A stretch of 62,625 nucleotides of DNA, the filler included. It is 4 parts of 4 records of this genome, joined end to end, with 100 filler letters (N's around TTAATTAATTAA, not from the genome) between each part and the next. Parts side by side here need not be neighbours in the genome. Positions count along the whole stretch, not along the records: positions 32,025 to 42,940 come from SRR31156797_8414; positions 43,041 to 52,713 come from SRR31156797_8418; 2 more parts are not named here. One strand, written 5' to 3'. Every line of letters begins with the position of its first letter. Position 1 is the first letter of the stretch. Shown here in pieces: positions 39,499 through 48,001 of the stretch. Below the pieces are notes generated by a model. It saw nothing but the letters and a program-made list of their open reading frames with translations, did no database searches and was not told where the DNA came from. A program made the translations under genes and the position numbers.

Positions 39499-40794
39499 GT
39501 GGTCGATAACATGCCAGGTAAAATTGGCCGTTACAATGTCCTTAAAGCACTCGGCCGCGGGGGCATGGGCGCTGTTTTTCTGGCCCACGATCCTTTTATC
39601 GACCGGCCCGTGGCCGTAAAAACAACCAAGGCCCCTCCACCCAGCGACCCGCAAAAATTCGACGAATACCAGCAGTTATTTTTTAATGAAGCCCGGGCGG
39701 CCGGCAAACTCATGCATAGAAATATCGTTTCCATGTACGACGCCCTGGTGGATGAACACCACAGTTACATGGTCATGGAATACGTGGACGGCCTGACCCT
39801 TTCCAAATACTGCCGCCAGGACAATCTTCTGCCCATTCACAAGGTGGTCAACATAGTATTCCAGTGCGCCAAGGCTTTGGATTACGCTCATGAGCGCGGC
39901 GTCGTGCACAGGGATATTAAACCCAGCAATATACTTGTTTCCGAACTGGGCTCGGCCAAGATATCCGACTTCGGCATCGCCAGGATAGCAGGCGCCTCCC
40001 TGACCGAATCCATGAAAACATTGGCCGGTTCCGTTAATTACTCTTCTCCGGAACAACTTCGAAACGAAGAACTTACCGGGCAGACAGATATTTTTTCCCT
40101 GGGCGTGGTCTTATATGAAATGCTGACCGGCGTTCGGCCGTTTGACGCGGAAACAGACATTGCCGTCTTCTACCGAATCAATAATGAAGAACCCAAACCG
40201 GTTAAGGAATGCCGGGTGGATGTGCCTGAATCCCTGGAAAAAATCGTTCATCGCTGTTTGCAGAAAGACCTGGATAAAAGGTATGCCTCGGGCGGGCTGC
40301 TGGCCCAGGAATTGATCGCCTCCTTCGACCACCTGCGGTTTCTCAAGGAAGAAATTAACAACGAAGAAAAAATCAATGTATTGAAAAAAATAGGGTTTTT
40401 TAAAGGATTTTCAGCCAGTGAACTGGCCGAGGTCCTCAAGGAGACAGCCTGGGTCAGGTATGAAGGCGGCTCCCTGATCATTTCCGAAGGGGAAATAGAC
40501 GACAGTTTTTTTGTCCTGGTTTCCGGAGAAGTCATTGTCAGGAAAAAAGGACGAGTGCTGGCTACACTTAAACCCGGAGACTGTTTCGGTGAAATGGCCT
40601 ATTTTGGCAATATCAAACGCACGGCCAGCATTCTGGCCGTGGGCGCGGCAATACTGATGAAAATACATGCTTCAAACGTAGACAATATGTCCATCAGCAC
40701 TCAACTTAGATTTTACAAAATATTTTCAACAACCTTGATACAAAGGCTGGCCCGGACCAGCGAAGAATTGTCCAGGACCGGCTTTACTCTGTAA
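39499..40794 (+). CDS. Hanks-type Ser/Thr kinase fused to a cyclic-nucleotide-binding domain
   Basis: LGRGGMG, VAVK, HRDIKPSN, DFG, YSSPE; C-terminal G.CFGEMA....RTAS. Confidence 0.93.
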   Translation: MVDNMPGKIGRYNVLKALGRGGMGAVFLAHDPFIDRPVAVKTTKAPPPSDPQKFDEYQQLFFNEARAAGKLMHRNIVSMYDALVDEHHSYMVMEYVDGLTLSKYCRQDNLLPIHKVVNIVFQCAKALDYAHERGVVHRDIKPSNILVSELGSAKISDFGIARIAGASLTESMKTLAGSVNYSSPEQLRNEELTGQTDIFSLGVVLYEMLTGVRPFDAETDIAVFYRINNEEPKPVKECRVDVPESLEKIVHRCLQKDLDKRYASGGLLAQELIASFDHLRFLKEEINNEEKINVLKKIGFFKGFSASELAEVLKETAWVRYEGGSLIISEGEIDDSFFVLVSGEVIVRKKGRVLATLKPGDCFGEMAYFGNIKRTASILAVGAAILMKIHASNVDNMSISTQLRFYKIFSTTLIQRLARTSEELSRTGFTL

Positions 40795-40846
40795 TTCAAT
40801 TATCAATTACCTGAAGTTAGAATTCTCTATCGGAGGCAAAAAAATC

Positions 40847-41923
40847 ATGAGCAAGGAATTTCCACTGGTTGAATTAAGCGGCGCTCCTTTTGATATGGGT
40901 TTTGCTCACGGCCGGGCCCTGGCCCATAAAATTAAAGAAAACCTGGCTCACTATACCGGCTGGATTACATACCTGACCGGAACGCAGGCGGACTGGACCC
41001 GGGAGGCGGCCCGTAAATTTATCCCCGCCCTGGAAAACGAAGCTCCCGAATTGCTTGAAGAAATGCAAGGCATTGCCAAAGGTGCGGATGTGTCGTTGGA
41101 AGACGTCCTTTTTATCAACGCCCGGTCGGAATTGCTGCTTATGAGCCCCCAGTCGGGATTGCCTCAGGCAGGCGAATGCACAGCCGTAGCTTTAGCCGGG
41201 AATCGGACCGAATACGGCCGGCTCATCATGGGCCAGAATTGGGATTGGTATCACCGCATACTCGAGACTTCGGCCGTGTTCCATATAAAACCTTCAAAAG
41301 CTCCGGCCGCCTTTTACCTGGCCGAAGCCGGGCAGGTGGGTAAAATAGGAATCAATGAAGCCGGCGTAGGCGTTCTGATTAATATCCTTATGACTGGCGG
41401 CGTGGGGCAAGGCATCCCCTTTCACGTTCTTCTGCGAATGGTTTTGGCTGAAGAAAAATGCACGGACGCTGCGGCCATGGTCAAAAACGCCCCCAGGGCC
41501 GGCGCCAGCCATTTGATGATCGGCGACGCCAATGGAGATGCAATCGGTATTGAAATAAGCGATGTCACATCCGCTGAAATCAAGCCGGATAACGGCCTGC
41601 TGATACACACCAACCATTATTGCGACCCGGATCTCGCCCCCCAAGACCTGGGCAAGGCCCTGTTTGTCGATTCCGAACCTCGATACAACCGGGCCCAATC
41701 AATATTGGCCGAAAAAGATATCTGGGACGAAAAATCTTTTGAAACCCTGTTTGTTAATCATGAAGACGGATTGCCGTCCATATGCCGGCATGTGGACCAC
41801 GAAGCTGACGAATACATGAGAGTCGCCACCCTGGCTTCCGTCATTATGGTCCCGGACAGCAAAACCATGCGCGTCACGTATGGAAATCCCTGCGACGCCG
41901 AATATAGCGAATACAAGCTGTAA
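40847..41923 (+). CDS. Peptidase C45 (isopenicillin-N acyltransferase-like Ntn hydrolase)
   Basis: G..HG, EEMQGIA.GA, GECT autocleavage site, GQNWDW, GINEAG, HTNH. Confidence 0.9.
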   Translation: MSKEFPLVELSGAPFDMGFAHGRALAHKIKENLAHYTGWITYLTGTQADWTREAARKFIPALENEAPELLEEMQGIAKGADVSLEDVLFINARSELLLMSPQSGLPQAGECTAVALAGNRTEYGRLIMGQNWDWYHRILETSAVFHIKPSKAPAAFYLAEAGQVGKIGINEAGVGVLINILMTGGVGQGIPFHVLLRMVLAEEKCTDAAAMVKNAPRAGASHLMIGDANGDAIGIEISDVTSAEIKPDNGLLIHTNHYCDPDLAPQDLGKALFVDSEPRYNRAQSILAEKDIWDEKSFETLFVNHEDGLPSICRHVDHEADEYMRVATLASVIMVPDSKTMRVTYGNPCDAEYSEYKL

Positions 41924-41958
41924 AGCCTGTTGCAGCCAGTCCCCTTTGGAGAACCAAC

Positions 41959-42840
41959 ATGGAAACCGCTTTCGGACCCGTGCGTATACTTTTTGGAGAC
42001 AACCGCGGCAAGTACCCAAATTGCCATACAATTTACGTGGAAGCCGACACCAGGGTCGTCATAGATCCCGGCTGCAACCGGGACGTGTTATCCGGGCTGC
42101 TTAAAGGGCCCGGCGTGGATGCTGTCTGGTTGACCCATGTTCACGAAGATCATATAACCCACCTCGATCTTTTCATGGACCGCCCGTTGTGGGTTTCTGA
42201 AAAAGAGGCTTCCGCTTTTGACAGCCTGGACGCCTTCATGAGCTTTTTCCCTCAAACAGATGAAGAAAGAGCCATGTGGGATCAAATGCTTATCGAAACA
42301 TTTCATTACCGGCCGCGGAAAGTCGACCGTCTCTTTTCAGGGCGGGAAACAATAGATTTGGGCGGCGTAATTGTGGAAGCCGTGCCCGCCCCCGGACACA
42401 CGCCCGGGCATTATTCCTTTTATTTTCCGGAACAGGGCGTCCTGTTCATGGCCGATTACGACCTGACCCCGTTCGGCCCGTATTACGGCGATTTATATTC
42501 GGACATTGACGACGTGATCGACTCGGTCAACAGACTGCGTGAAATCCCGGCCAAAATCTGGCTGACTTCCCACGAAAAGGGGATGATTGAAGCCGAACCA
42601 GGCGACCTTTGGGATAAATACCTGGCCGTAATCGATACACGGGAAAACAAGCTGCTCGATCTGTTAAAAGAGCCGCGCACCATGGAAGAAATTATCCAGG
42701 CCAGGATTGTATACGGCAAAGTCCGTGAACCTAAGGAATTTTTCGATTACGGCGAACGAAACCTCATGGCCCGGCACCTTGTCCGCCTGATGAACAATGG
42801 CGTCGTAGCCCATGAAAATGATAGATATTCTCTGATTTAA
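41959..42840 (+). CDS. MBL-fold metallo-hydrolase with C-terminal wHTH-like region
   Basis: IDPG, THVHEDH, PGHTPGH, ADYDL, TSH. Confidence 0.88.
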   Translation: METAFGPVRILFGDNRGKYPNCHTIYVEADTRVVIDPGCNRDVLSGLLKGPGVDAVWLTHVHEDHITHLDLFMDRPLWVSEKEASAFDSLDAFMSFFPQTDEERAMWDQMLIETFHYRPRKVDRLFSGRETIDLGGVIVEAVPAPGHTPGHYSFYFPEQGVLFMADYDLTPFGPYYGDLYSDIDDVIDSVNRLREIPAKIWLTSHEKGMIEAEPGDLWDKYLAVIDTRENKLLDLLKEPRTMEEIIQARIVYGKVREPKEFFDYGERNLMARHLVRLMNNGVVAHENDRYSLI

Positions 42841-42940
42841 AACCTCTCAAGCCGTGGTGATTTTTACTGCTGCCCAATTTACTCTTTAATTACTCTCGCT
42901 CCCAGGCTCTGCCTCAATGTTGTTGATTTAAGCTATTACG

Positions 42941-43040
42941 NNNNNNNNNNNNNNNNNNNNNNNNNNNNNNNNNNNNNNNNNNNNTTAATTAATTAANNNN
43001 NNNNNNNNNNNNNNNNNNNNNNNNNNNNNNNNNNNNNNNN
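42941..43040. other. Artificial contig linker
   Basis: N44-TTAATTAATTAA-N44. Confidence 0.99.
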
Positions 43041-43430
43041 TTAAGGCCATTATTTTTGCAGTTCATTATAGATTGAACTAACTAATTTATTTAGCAAAGT
43101 TAGTTTTTTGAATTTTTTTACTGATATTAGACAAATTGTCGTTTTGTGTTATTTTTGTCTAAAAATTTCAGTTTTTTTACAAAATTCATGTTTTAATTTA
43201 TTTTTATGCTGATTAGTAGAGCAAATAACACTAAACAGTGTCTTTATGTGTCACATATGACGTTTTTATAATGTTTGTTTTTCTTGTGAAAGTTATGTGG
43301 AAGGTGTATAATTTAGGGAAATATGAATAATGCGCAATAATGTTGCGTGTTATTATATATGCAACTTTTTACTTATATAATGCCTATAAACGAATTAGGT
43401 GTGATACTTCATTAATTTTAAGGAGGAAAT

Positions 43431-44051
43431 ATGAATATATTTCAAGCGGTTTTATGTAATTGGTATACACTAGATGTTAAGTTTAATTATGTACTTTTTA
43501 TCGGAATCATTTCCATTATTTTACTGATTAGATTTTTTATTAAGCATAAGGCACAAGATTTCGAAATTGATTCTGCTGAGTTTGGTTTTGGAGCCAATAA
43601 GTTAGTCATAAAAGAAAATAGCCTTGATTATCAAATTGCATATATGATATGGATTGAACTAAGTACAAGAAAGTTAGGGATAATGATCGACAAGGAACAT
43701 GATGTTGTTCACGAAATTTATGATTCTTGGTATAATTTTTTTGAAATCACACGTGAGTTGTTGAAAGAAATACCAGTAAGTAAAATTAATAGATCGGATA
43801 CCACATATAAATTAATTGAGCTTTCTTTTGAAGTTTTAAATGATATAATACGTCCTCATTTAACAGTTTGGCAAGCTAAATATAGAAAATGGTATAAAAA
43901 TAATGAGAATAATTATGAGAACCTTACTCCTCAGGAGACACAAAAGAAGTATCCAGAGTATAATAAACTTTTGAAAGAGATGGAGTTAGTTAATAAACAG
44001 TTAATAAATTATAGAAATTTAATGTATGGAATTATAAGGAGGGGAAGATAA
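43431..44051 (+). CDS. Uncharacterised single-TM helical protein, first gene of the TIR operon
   Basis: AAGGAGG RBS; TM at ~aa 19-36; WIELSTRK, YDSWY, IRPHLTVWQ motifs; TAA directly abuts the next ATG. Confidence 0.75.
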   Translation: MNIFQAVLCNWYTLDVKFNYVLFIGIISIILLIRFFIKHKAQDFEIDSAEFGFGANKLVIKENSLDYQIAYMIWIELSTRKLGIMIDKEHDVVHEIYDSWYNFFEITRELLKEIPVSKINRSDTTYKLIELSFEVLNDIIRPHLTVWQAKYRKWYKNNENNYENLTPQETQKKYPEYNKLLKEMELVNKQLINYRNLMYGIIRRGR

Positions 44052-44657
44052 ATGCACAAGGTATTTATTAGTTATCATCATGCCAATGATCAGTATTATA
44101 AAGATGAACTATTAAGACTCAATGAAACTAATCAATTTTTTGTAGATAGATCCGTAGGTGATTATGATATTGATGATTCATTAGATGATCAATCTATTAG
44201 AAAAATAATAAGAGATAAATATCTAAAAGATAGTACTATTACAATCCTTTTAGTTGGTGCAGAAACTAAGAACAGAAAACATATCGATTGGGAGCTTTAT
44301 TCCAGTATGTATAATGGTAGTAAAAATAAAAAGTCCGGAATAATTGTTGTTACTCTACAGGAACCAGATAATCAAAATTTTATTGCGGTTCATGATAAAG
44401 AGAAGGAAACCATATATCCAGAATGTACTAACTGGATTCCAACTTTACCTGAAAATGAGTTAAAGCGTAGATATCCTAATATGCCTAAGAGAATTATTAA
44501 GAACCTTTTATATGAGGAATCATTCATTTCAGTTATTTCTTGGGAACGATTTATTAGTAGCCCAACTATAATTAAGTTTCTTCTTGACGCAACTTACAAC
44601 GATAGAAGTAAAGCTGAATATGATTTAAGTATGCCAATGAGAAGGGCTAACGGTTAG
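44052..44657 (+). CDS. thsB: Thoeris ThsB-like TIR protein (DUF1863 type) 1
   Basis: KVFISYHH.ND, IRDKYLKDSTITILLVG.ET..RKHIDWEL (putative catalytic Glu). Confidence 0.88.
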   Translation: MHKVFISYHHANDQYYKDELLRLNETNQFFVDRSVGDYDIDDSLDDQSIRKIIRDKYLKDSTITILLVGAETKNRKHIDWELYSSMYNGSKNKKSGIIVVTLQEPDNQNFIAVHDKEKETIYPECTNWIPTLPENELKRRYPNMPKRIIKNLLYEESFISVISWERFISSPTIIKFLLDATYNDRSKAEYDLSMPMRRANG

Positions 44658-44744
44658 CTTCGTAATAGCAATCAATATAGACAAAGTCTAGAAGTGCATT
44701 CATATCGTAAAATTATACTAAATATTAATAAAGGAGTTGAACGT

Positions 44745-45311
44745 ATGGCATATAATGGTTTTGGAATAAAACGTCAAGTGTTCATATCTCATTATAAAGG
44801 AGATAGAAAAGAAGTTGATAATTTTATTGAAAAATTTGCTAATCAAGAAAAGGTATTTACTCCTTATGTTCTAGGTGCTAATGACAATGATGAGTTCATT
44901 AACAGCACTAATACAGATTATGTAATGAATCAAATAAGGAAAAAATATTTACAAGATACAACTGTTACCATCGTTTTAATTGGGAAATGTACTCATAGTA
45001 GAAGATACATTGACTGGGAGATAAAAAGTTCTTTGAGACAAGGAGGTTTTACCCCTAATGGATTATTGGGAATTCTTTTGCCCAGTCAAGGAAATTCGGC
45101 ACATCTTCCTCCTAGATTTAAACAAAATTGGGAAAGAGGTGAACAAAATTGCTACTCTAGGTATAGATCATACCCTAAAAGTGCAAAAGAATTGCATGAT
45201 TGGATTGAAGATGCTTACGATGCAAGAATTAAAAAGGCTAATTTAATAAAAAATAGCCAAGAAATGATGAAATATAATAATAAATGCAACGTTTGTAAAA
45301 TAACCCATTAG
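44745..45311 (+). CDS. thsB: Thoeris ThsB-like TIR protein (DUF1863 type) 2
   Basis: ATG 44745 after AAGGAG; QVFISHY, IRKKYLQDTTVTIVLIG....RRYIDWEI, NGLLGI.LP...LPPR. Confidence 0.87.
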   Translation: MAYNGFGIKRQVFISHYKGDRKEVDNFIEKFANQEKVFTPYVLGANDNDEFINSTNTDYVMNQIRKKYLQDTTVTIVLIGKCTHSRRYIDWEIKSSLRQGGFTPNGLLGILLPSQGNSAHLPPRFKQNWERGEQNCYSRYRSYPKSAKELHDWIEDAYDARIKKANLIKNSQEMMKYNNKCNVCKITH

Positions 45312-45346
45312 ACAACATGTCACAAAAATAAAAAAGGAGATAAAAA

Positions 45347-45901
45347 ATGGCTATAATTAATCTATTCGATCAATTTGAAAAAAGTAAATTATATAATGAA
45401 AGTGTAATCTTAGAAAACGTTGCACTTAACAAAGAAAGAATTTTTTTATCACATAAAAGCATTGATAAAGAAAAAGTTAAAATAATTGCTAAATTTCTTA
45501 ATAAAAATGGATATGATATTTATTTAGATGAATATGATAAATTTTTGCAAGAAGCAGTTACAAATAGTAATCATAATAAAGTCGTTGAAGCGATTAAAGA
45601 AGGTATTGAAAAATCTACACATCTATTATCTTATATTTCAAAAAATACAGATAAATCTTGGTGGGTTCCTTATGAAATCGGTTTAGCTGATGAGAAATTA
45701 AAAAAAATTATGAGTTTAAAAGATAAAGAAGTTGATAACTCAAGACTTCCAGAATTTATTAAGATTAAGCCTATCATCAGAGAAGTAATTCAATTAGAAA
45801 AATATTTCCCTAAGAAATATTCTTCTAATGGTTTATTCCTATTTTCTGAAAGTAATGACAATTCCAATTATAGAACCAATCTGTATGAAATACTTGAATA
45901 A
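45347..45901 (+). CDS. Stand-alone TIR (TIR_2-type) protein
   Basis: IFLSHKSIDK, GYDIYLD, STHLL..IS..T..SWWVPYEIG (putative catalytic Glu); AAGGAG RBS. Confidence 0.88.
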   Translation: MAIINLFDQFEKSKLYNESVILENVALNKERIFLSHKSIDKEKVKIIAKFLNKNGYDIYLDEYDKFLQEAVTNSNHNKVVEAIKEGIEKSTHLLSYISKNTDKSWWVPYEIGLADEKLKKIMSLKDKEVDNSRLPEFIKIKPIIREVIQLEKYFPKKYSSNGLFLFSESNDNSNYRTNLYEILE

Positions 45902-45919
45902 TGAAAGGAGTGATATAAG

Positions 45920-47914
45920 GTGTATAAAGAGCCTTTAACTATACATATCTTGTGGCATGAAAAATTTGAAGAAGGAACAAATTTTGCCGAGTATATATTT
46001 AAAAAACTAAATAGAGATCCTGATAATATTAATTTTAGAGATATTGGTATCCCTGTAATTTTTAAAAATCTTTCTAAAAATGATACTCATATTAATTATG
46101 ATAAAACAGACAGAACATTTATAGTAATATTAGTTGATGATTACATGGTTATGGATAAAGAATGGGGTAATTATATTAATTTAATTTCGGAAAAAGTAAA
46201 AACCTCTAATAATATTCATCTTTTACCAGTAGCAATGAATAGTAATTCTTTTAATTTAAATATTGGAAGTAAAAATTACATTCGATTACATGATGTAGAA
46301 ACTTTTGAATCAATATTTAAAAATTCAGAAAATTTAAGAGATAATTTAGAGTTCAAAAAAGAGTTTTTATTAAGTGAACTATCTCATGAAATAGCAAGAG
46401 AATTAATTAATCCTGATAATAAAGCTCCTTTAAAGCTATTTTTAAGTCATGCTAAATCTGATGGAGTTAATATTACAAGAATTTTAAAAAAATATATAGA
46501 AACTTTTACGAAATCAAAAACCTTTTTTGATGCTAATGATATTGAAATTGGAAAAGAGTTTTGGGAAAGAATTGAAAAAAATATTGAAACATCTTTTTTA
46601 GTTATTATTCAATCTGATCAATACTCAAATAGTATGTGGTGTCGAAAGGAAATTCTTGCTGCAAAAAAACATAATAGACCTATTTTATGCATTAATTCAA
46701 TTGAAAAAGAAGAAAATCGTTCTTTTCCTTATATGGCAAACATTAAAAATATACGTTTGACAGAAAAATCTTCATTCAAGGATTTTTACCATGTAATAAC
46801 TGAAATATATATTGAAGCAATTCGTAATAAATTTAACCAATTAAAAATGGAAGTTTTTGTTAAAAATAATAACATTGATAGCAAAATAATAATTAATTCT
46901 CCAGAATTATTGGATTTTGTTGAAAATAAAGATTTTACAGAAGATTTAATCATTTATCCTGATCCACCATTATCTGAAGAAGAAATAGAATTATTTGATA
47001 ATTCAAAAAAATACCTAACCCCATTAACTTATATAACCAAGCATAAAAGAATATTGGAAAATAAGAAAATTTCATTCTCTATTTCTGAAGAATCTATGAA
47101 ACAAAAAAAAGTAAAGTTTTATATGCTAAAAGATATCATGAATGAATTAATTAGATATATATTTTATTACGGAGGAAATATATATTATGGCGGGGATTTA
47201 AAGTATGATGTTAAGGATAATTACAATTTATTAAAAAGTATGATTAATGTTCTAGAAGCATATAATAAAACTGCTGATAAAAACGATAAAGAAATTGTTA
47301 ATTACGTAGCATATCCTTTAACAGAAAATTTATCAATTTCAGATGAAGCAAAATATAAAAAAATAGTTAAATTTGAGAAAATAATTCCAAATGATTTTAA
47401 AACAGATTTAACAGATATAGAAAAAAATAACATATTTTGTTTAAATAAAATTGAGGATTTAGAAAAATGGTGTATATCTCTTTCTACAATGCGAGAAAAC
47501 TTATTAAAAAAAGTTGATGCTGTTGTCATAATGGGTGGAAAAACAATAGGATATAAGGGATGTTATCCTGGAGTTTTAGAAGAATTTTTGATAGCAAAAG
47601 ACAATAAAAAACCAATCTATATACTAGGCGGATTTGGTGGTACTAGTAAGGAAATAATTAATTTAATCAAAGGAAAGGATTCTGAAAAACTAAGTGAACT
47701 ATATCAACTAGAGAATAATAATGAACATTACAAAAATTATTATAATCAAAAAATAGAATTAAAATACGAAGCTATTTGTTCTCAGATTAAAAATGATGAA
47801 ATAAATCAATTGAATAATGGTCTAACTGATGAGGAAAATAAGGTTTTATTTGAATCAGAGAATGCCTATGAAATCATGAATTTAATCATAAAAGGACTAG
47901 CTAATATTTTCTAA
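45920..47914 (+). CDS. TIR-like + TIR + SLOG fusion protein
   Basis: TIR: LFLSHAKSDG, TFFDANDI, YSNSMWCRKEI (from ~46430); SLOG: ISFSISE, YYGGDL, LSTMRE, VIMGG, PGVLEE, KPIYILGGFGG (from ~47065); N-terminal alpha/beta domain resembles a degenerate TIR. Confidence 0.82.
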   Translation: MYKEPLTIHILWHEKFEEGTNFAEYIFKKLNRDPDNINFRDIGIPVIFKNLSKNDTHINYDKTDRTFIVILVDDYMVMDKEWGNYINLISEKVKTSNNIHLLPVAMNSNSFNLNIGSKNYIRLHDVETFESIFKNSENLRDNLEFKKEFLLSELSHEIARELINPDNKAPLKLFLSHAKSDGVNITRILKKYIETFTKSKTFFDANDIEIGKEFWERIEKNIETSFLVIIQSDQYSNSMWCRKEILAAKKHNRPILCINSIEKEENRSFPYMANIKNIRLTEKSSFKDFYHVITEIYIEAIRNKFNQLKMEVFVKNNNIDSKIIINSPELLDFVENKDFTEDLIIYPDPPLSEEEIELFDNSKKYLTPLTYITKHKRILENKKISFSISEESMKQKKVKFYMLKDIMNELIRYIFYYGGNIYYGGDLKYDVKDNYNLLKSMINVLEAYNKTADKNDKEIVNYVAYPLTENLSISDEAKYKKIVKFEKIIPNDFKTDLTDIEKNNIFCLNKIEDLEKWCISLSTMRENLLKKVDAVVIMGGKTIGYKGCYPGVLEEFLIAKDNKKPIYILGGFGGTSKEIINLIKGKDSEKLSELYQLENNNEHYKNYYNQKIELKYEAICSQIKNDEINQLNNGLTDEENKVLFESENAYEIMNLIIKGLANIF

Positions 47915-48001
47915 AAATTCTTATCCTAAAACTAAAGTTTTTATCCTATGCGTAGTGTGCTTGTAAACTAAGAAATAATTATGAAAGGAAGTGATTCGTA
48001 C

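Noticed and set aside
32240-42719. Numerous antisense and alternate-frame ORFs of 60-190 aa
   Set aside because: Shadow ORFs expected in GC-rich coding DNA; they overlap well-supported genes and have no motifs
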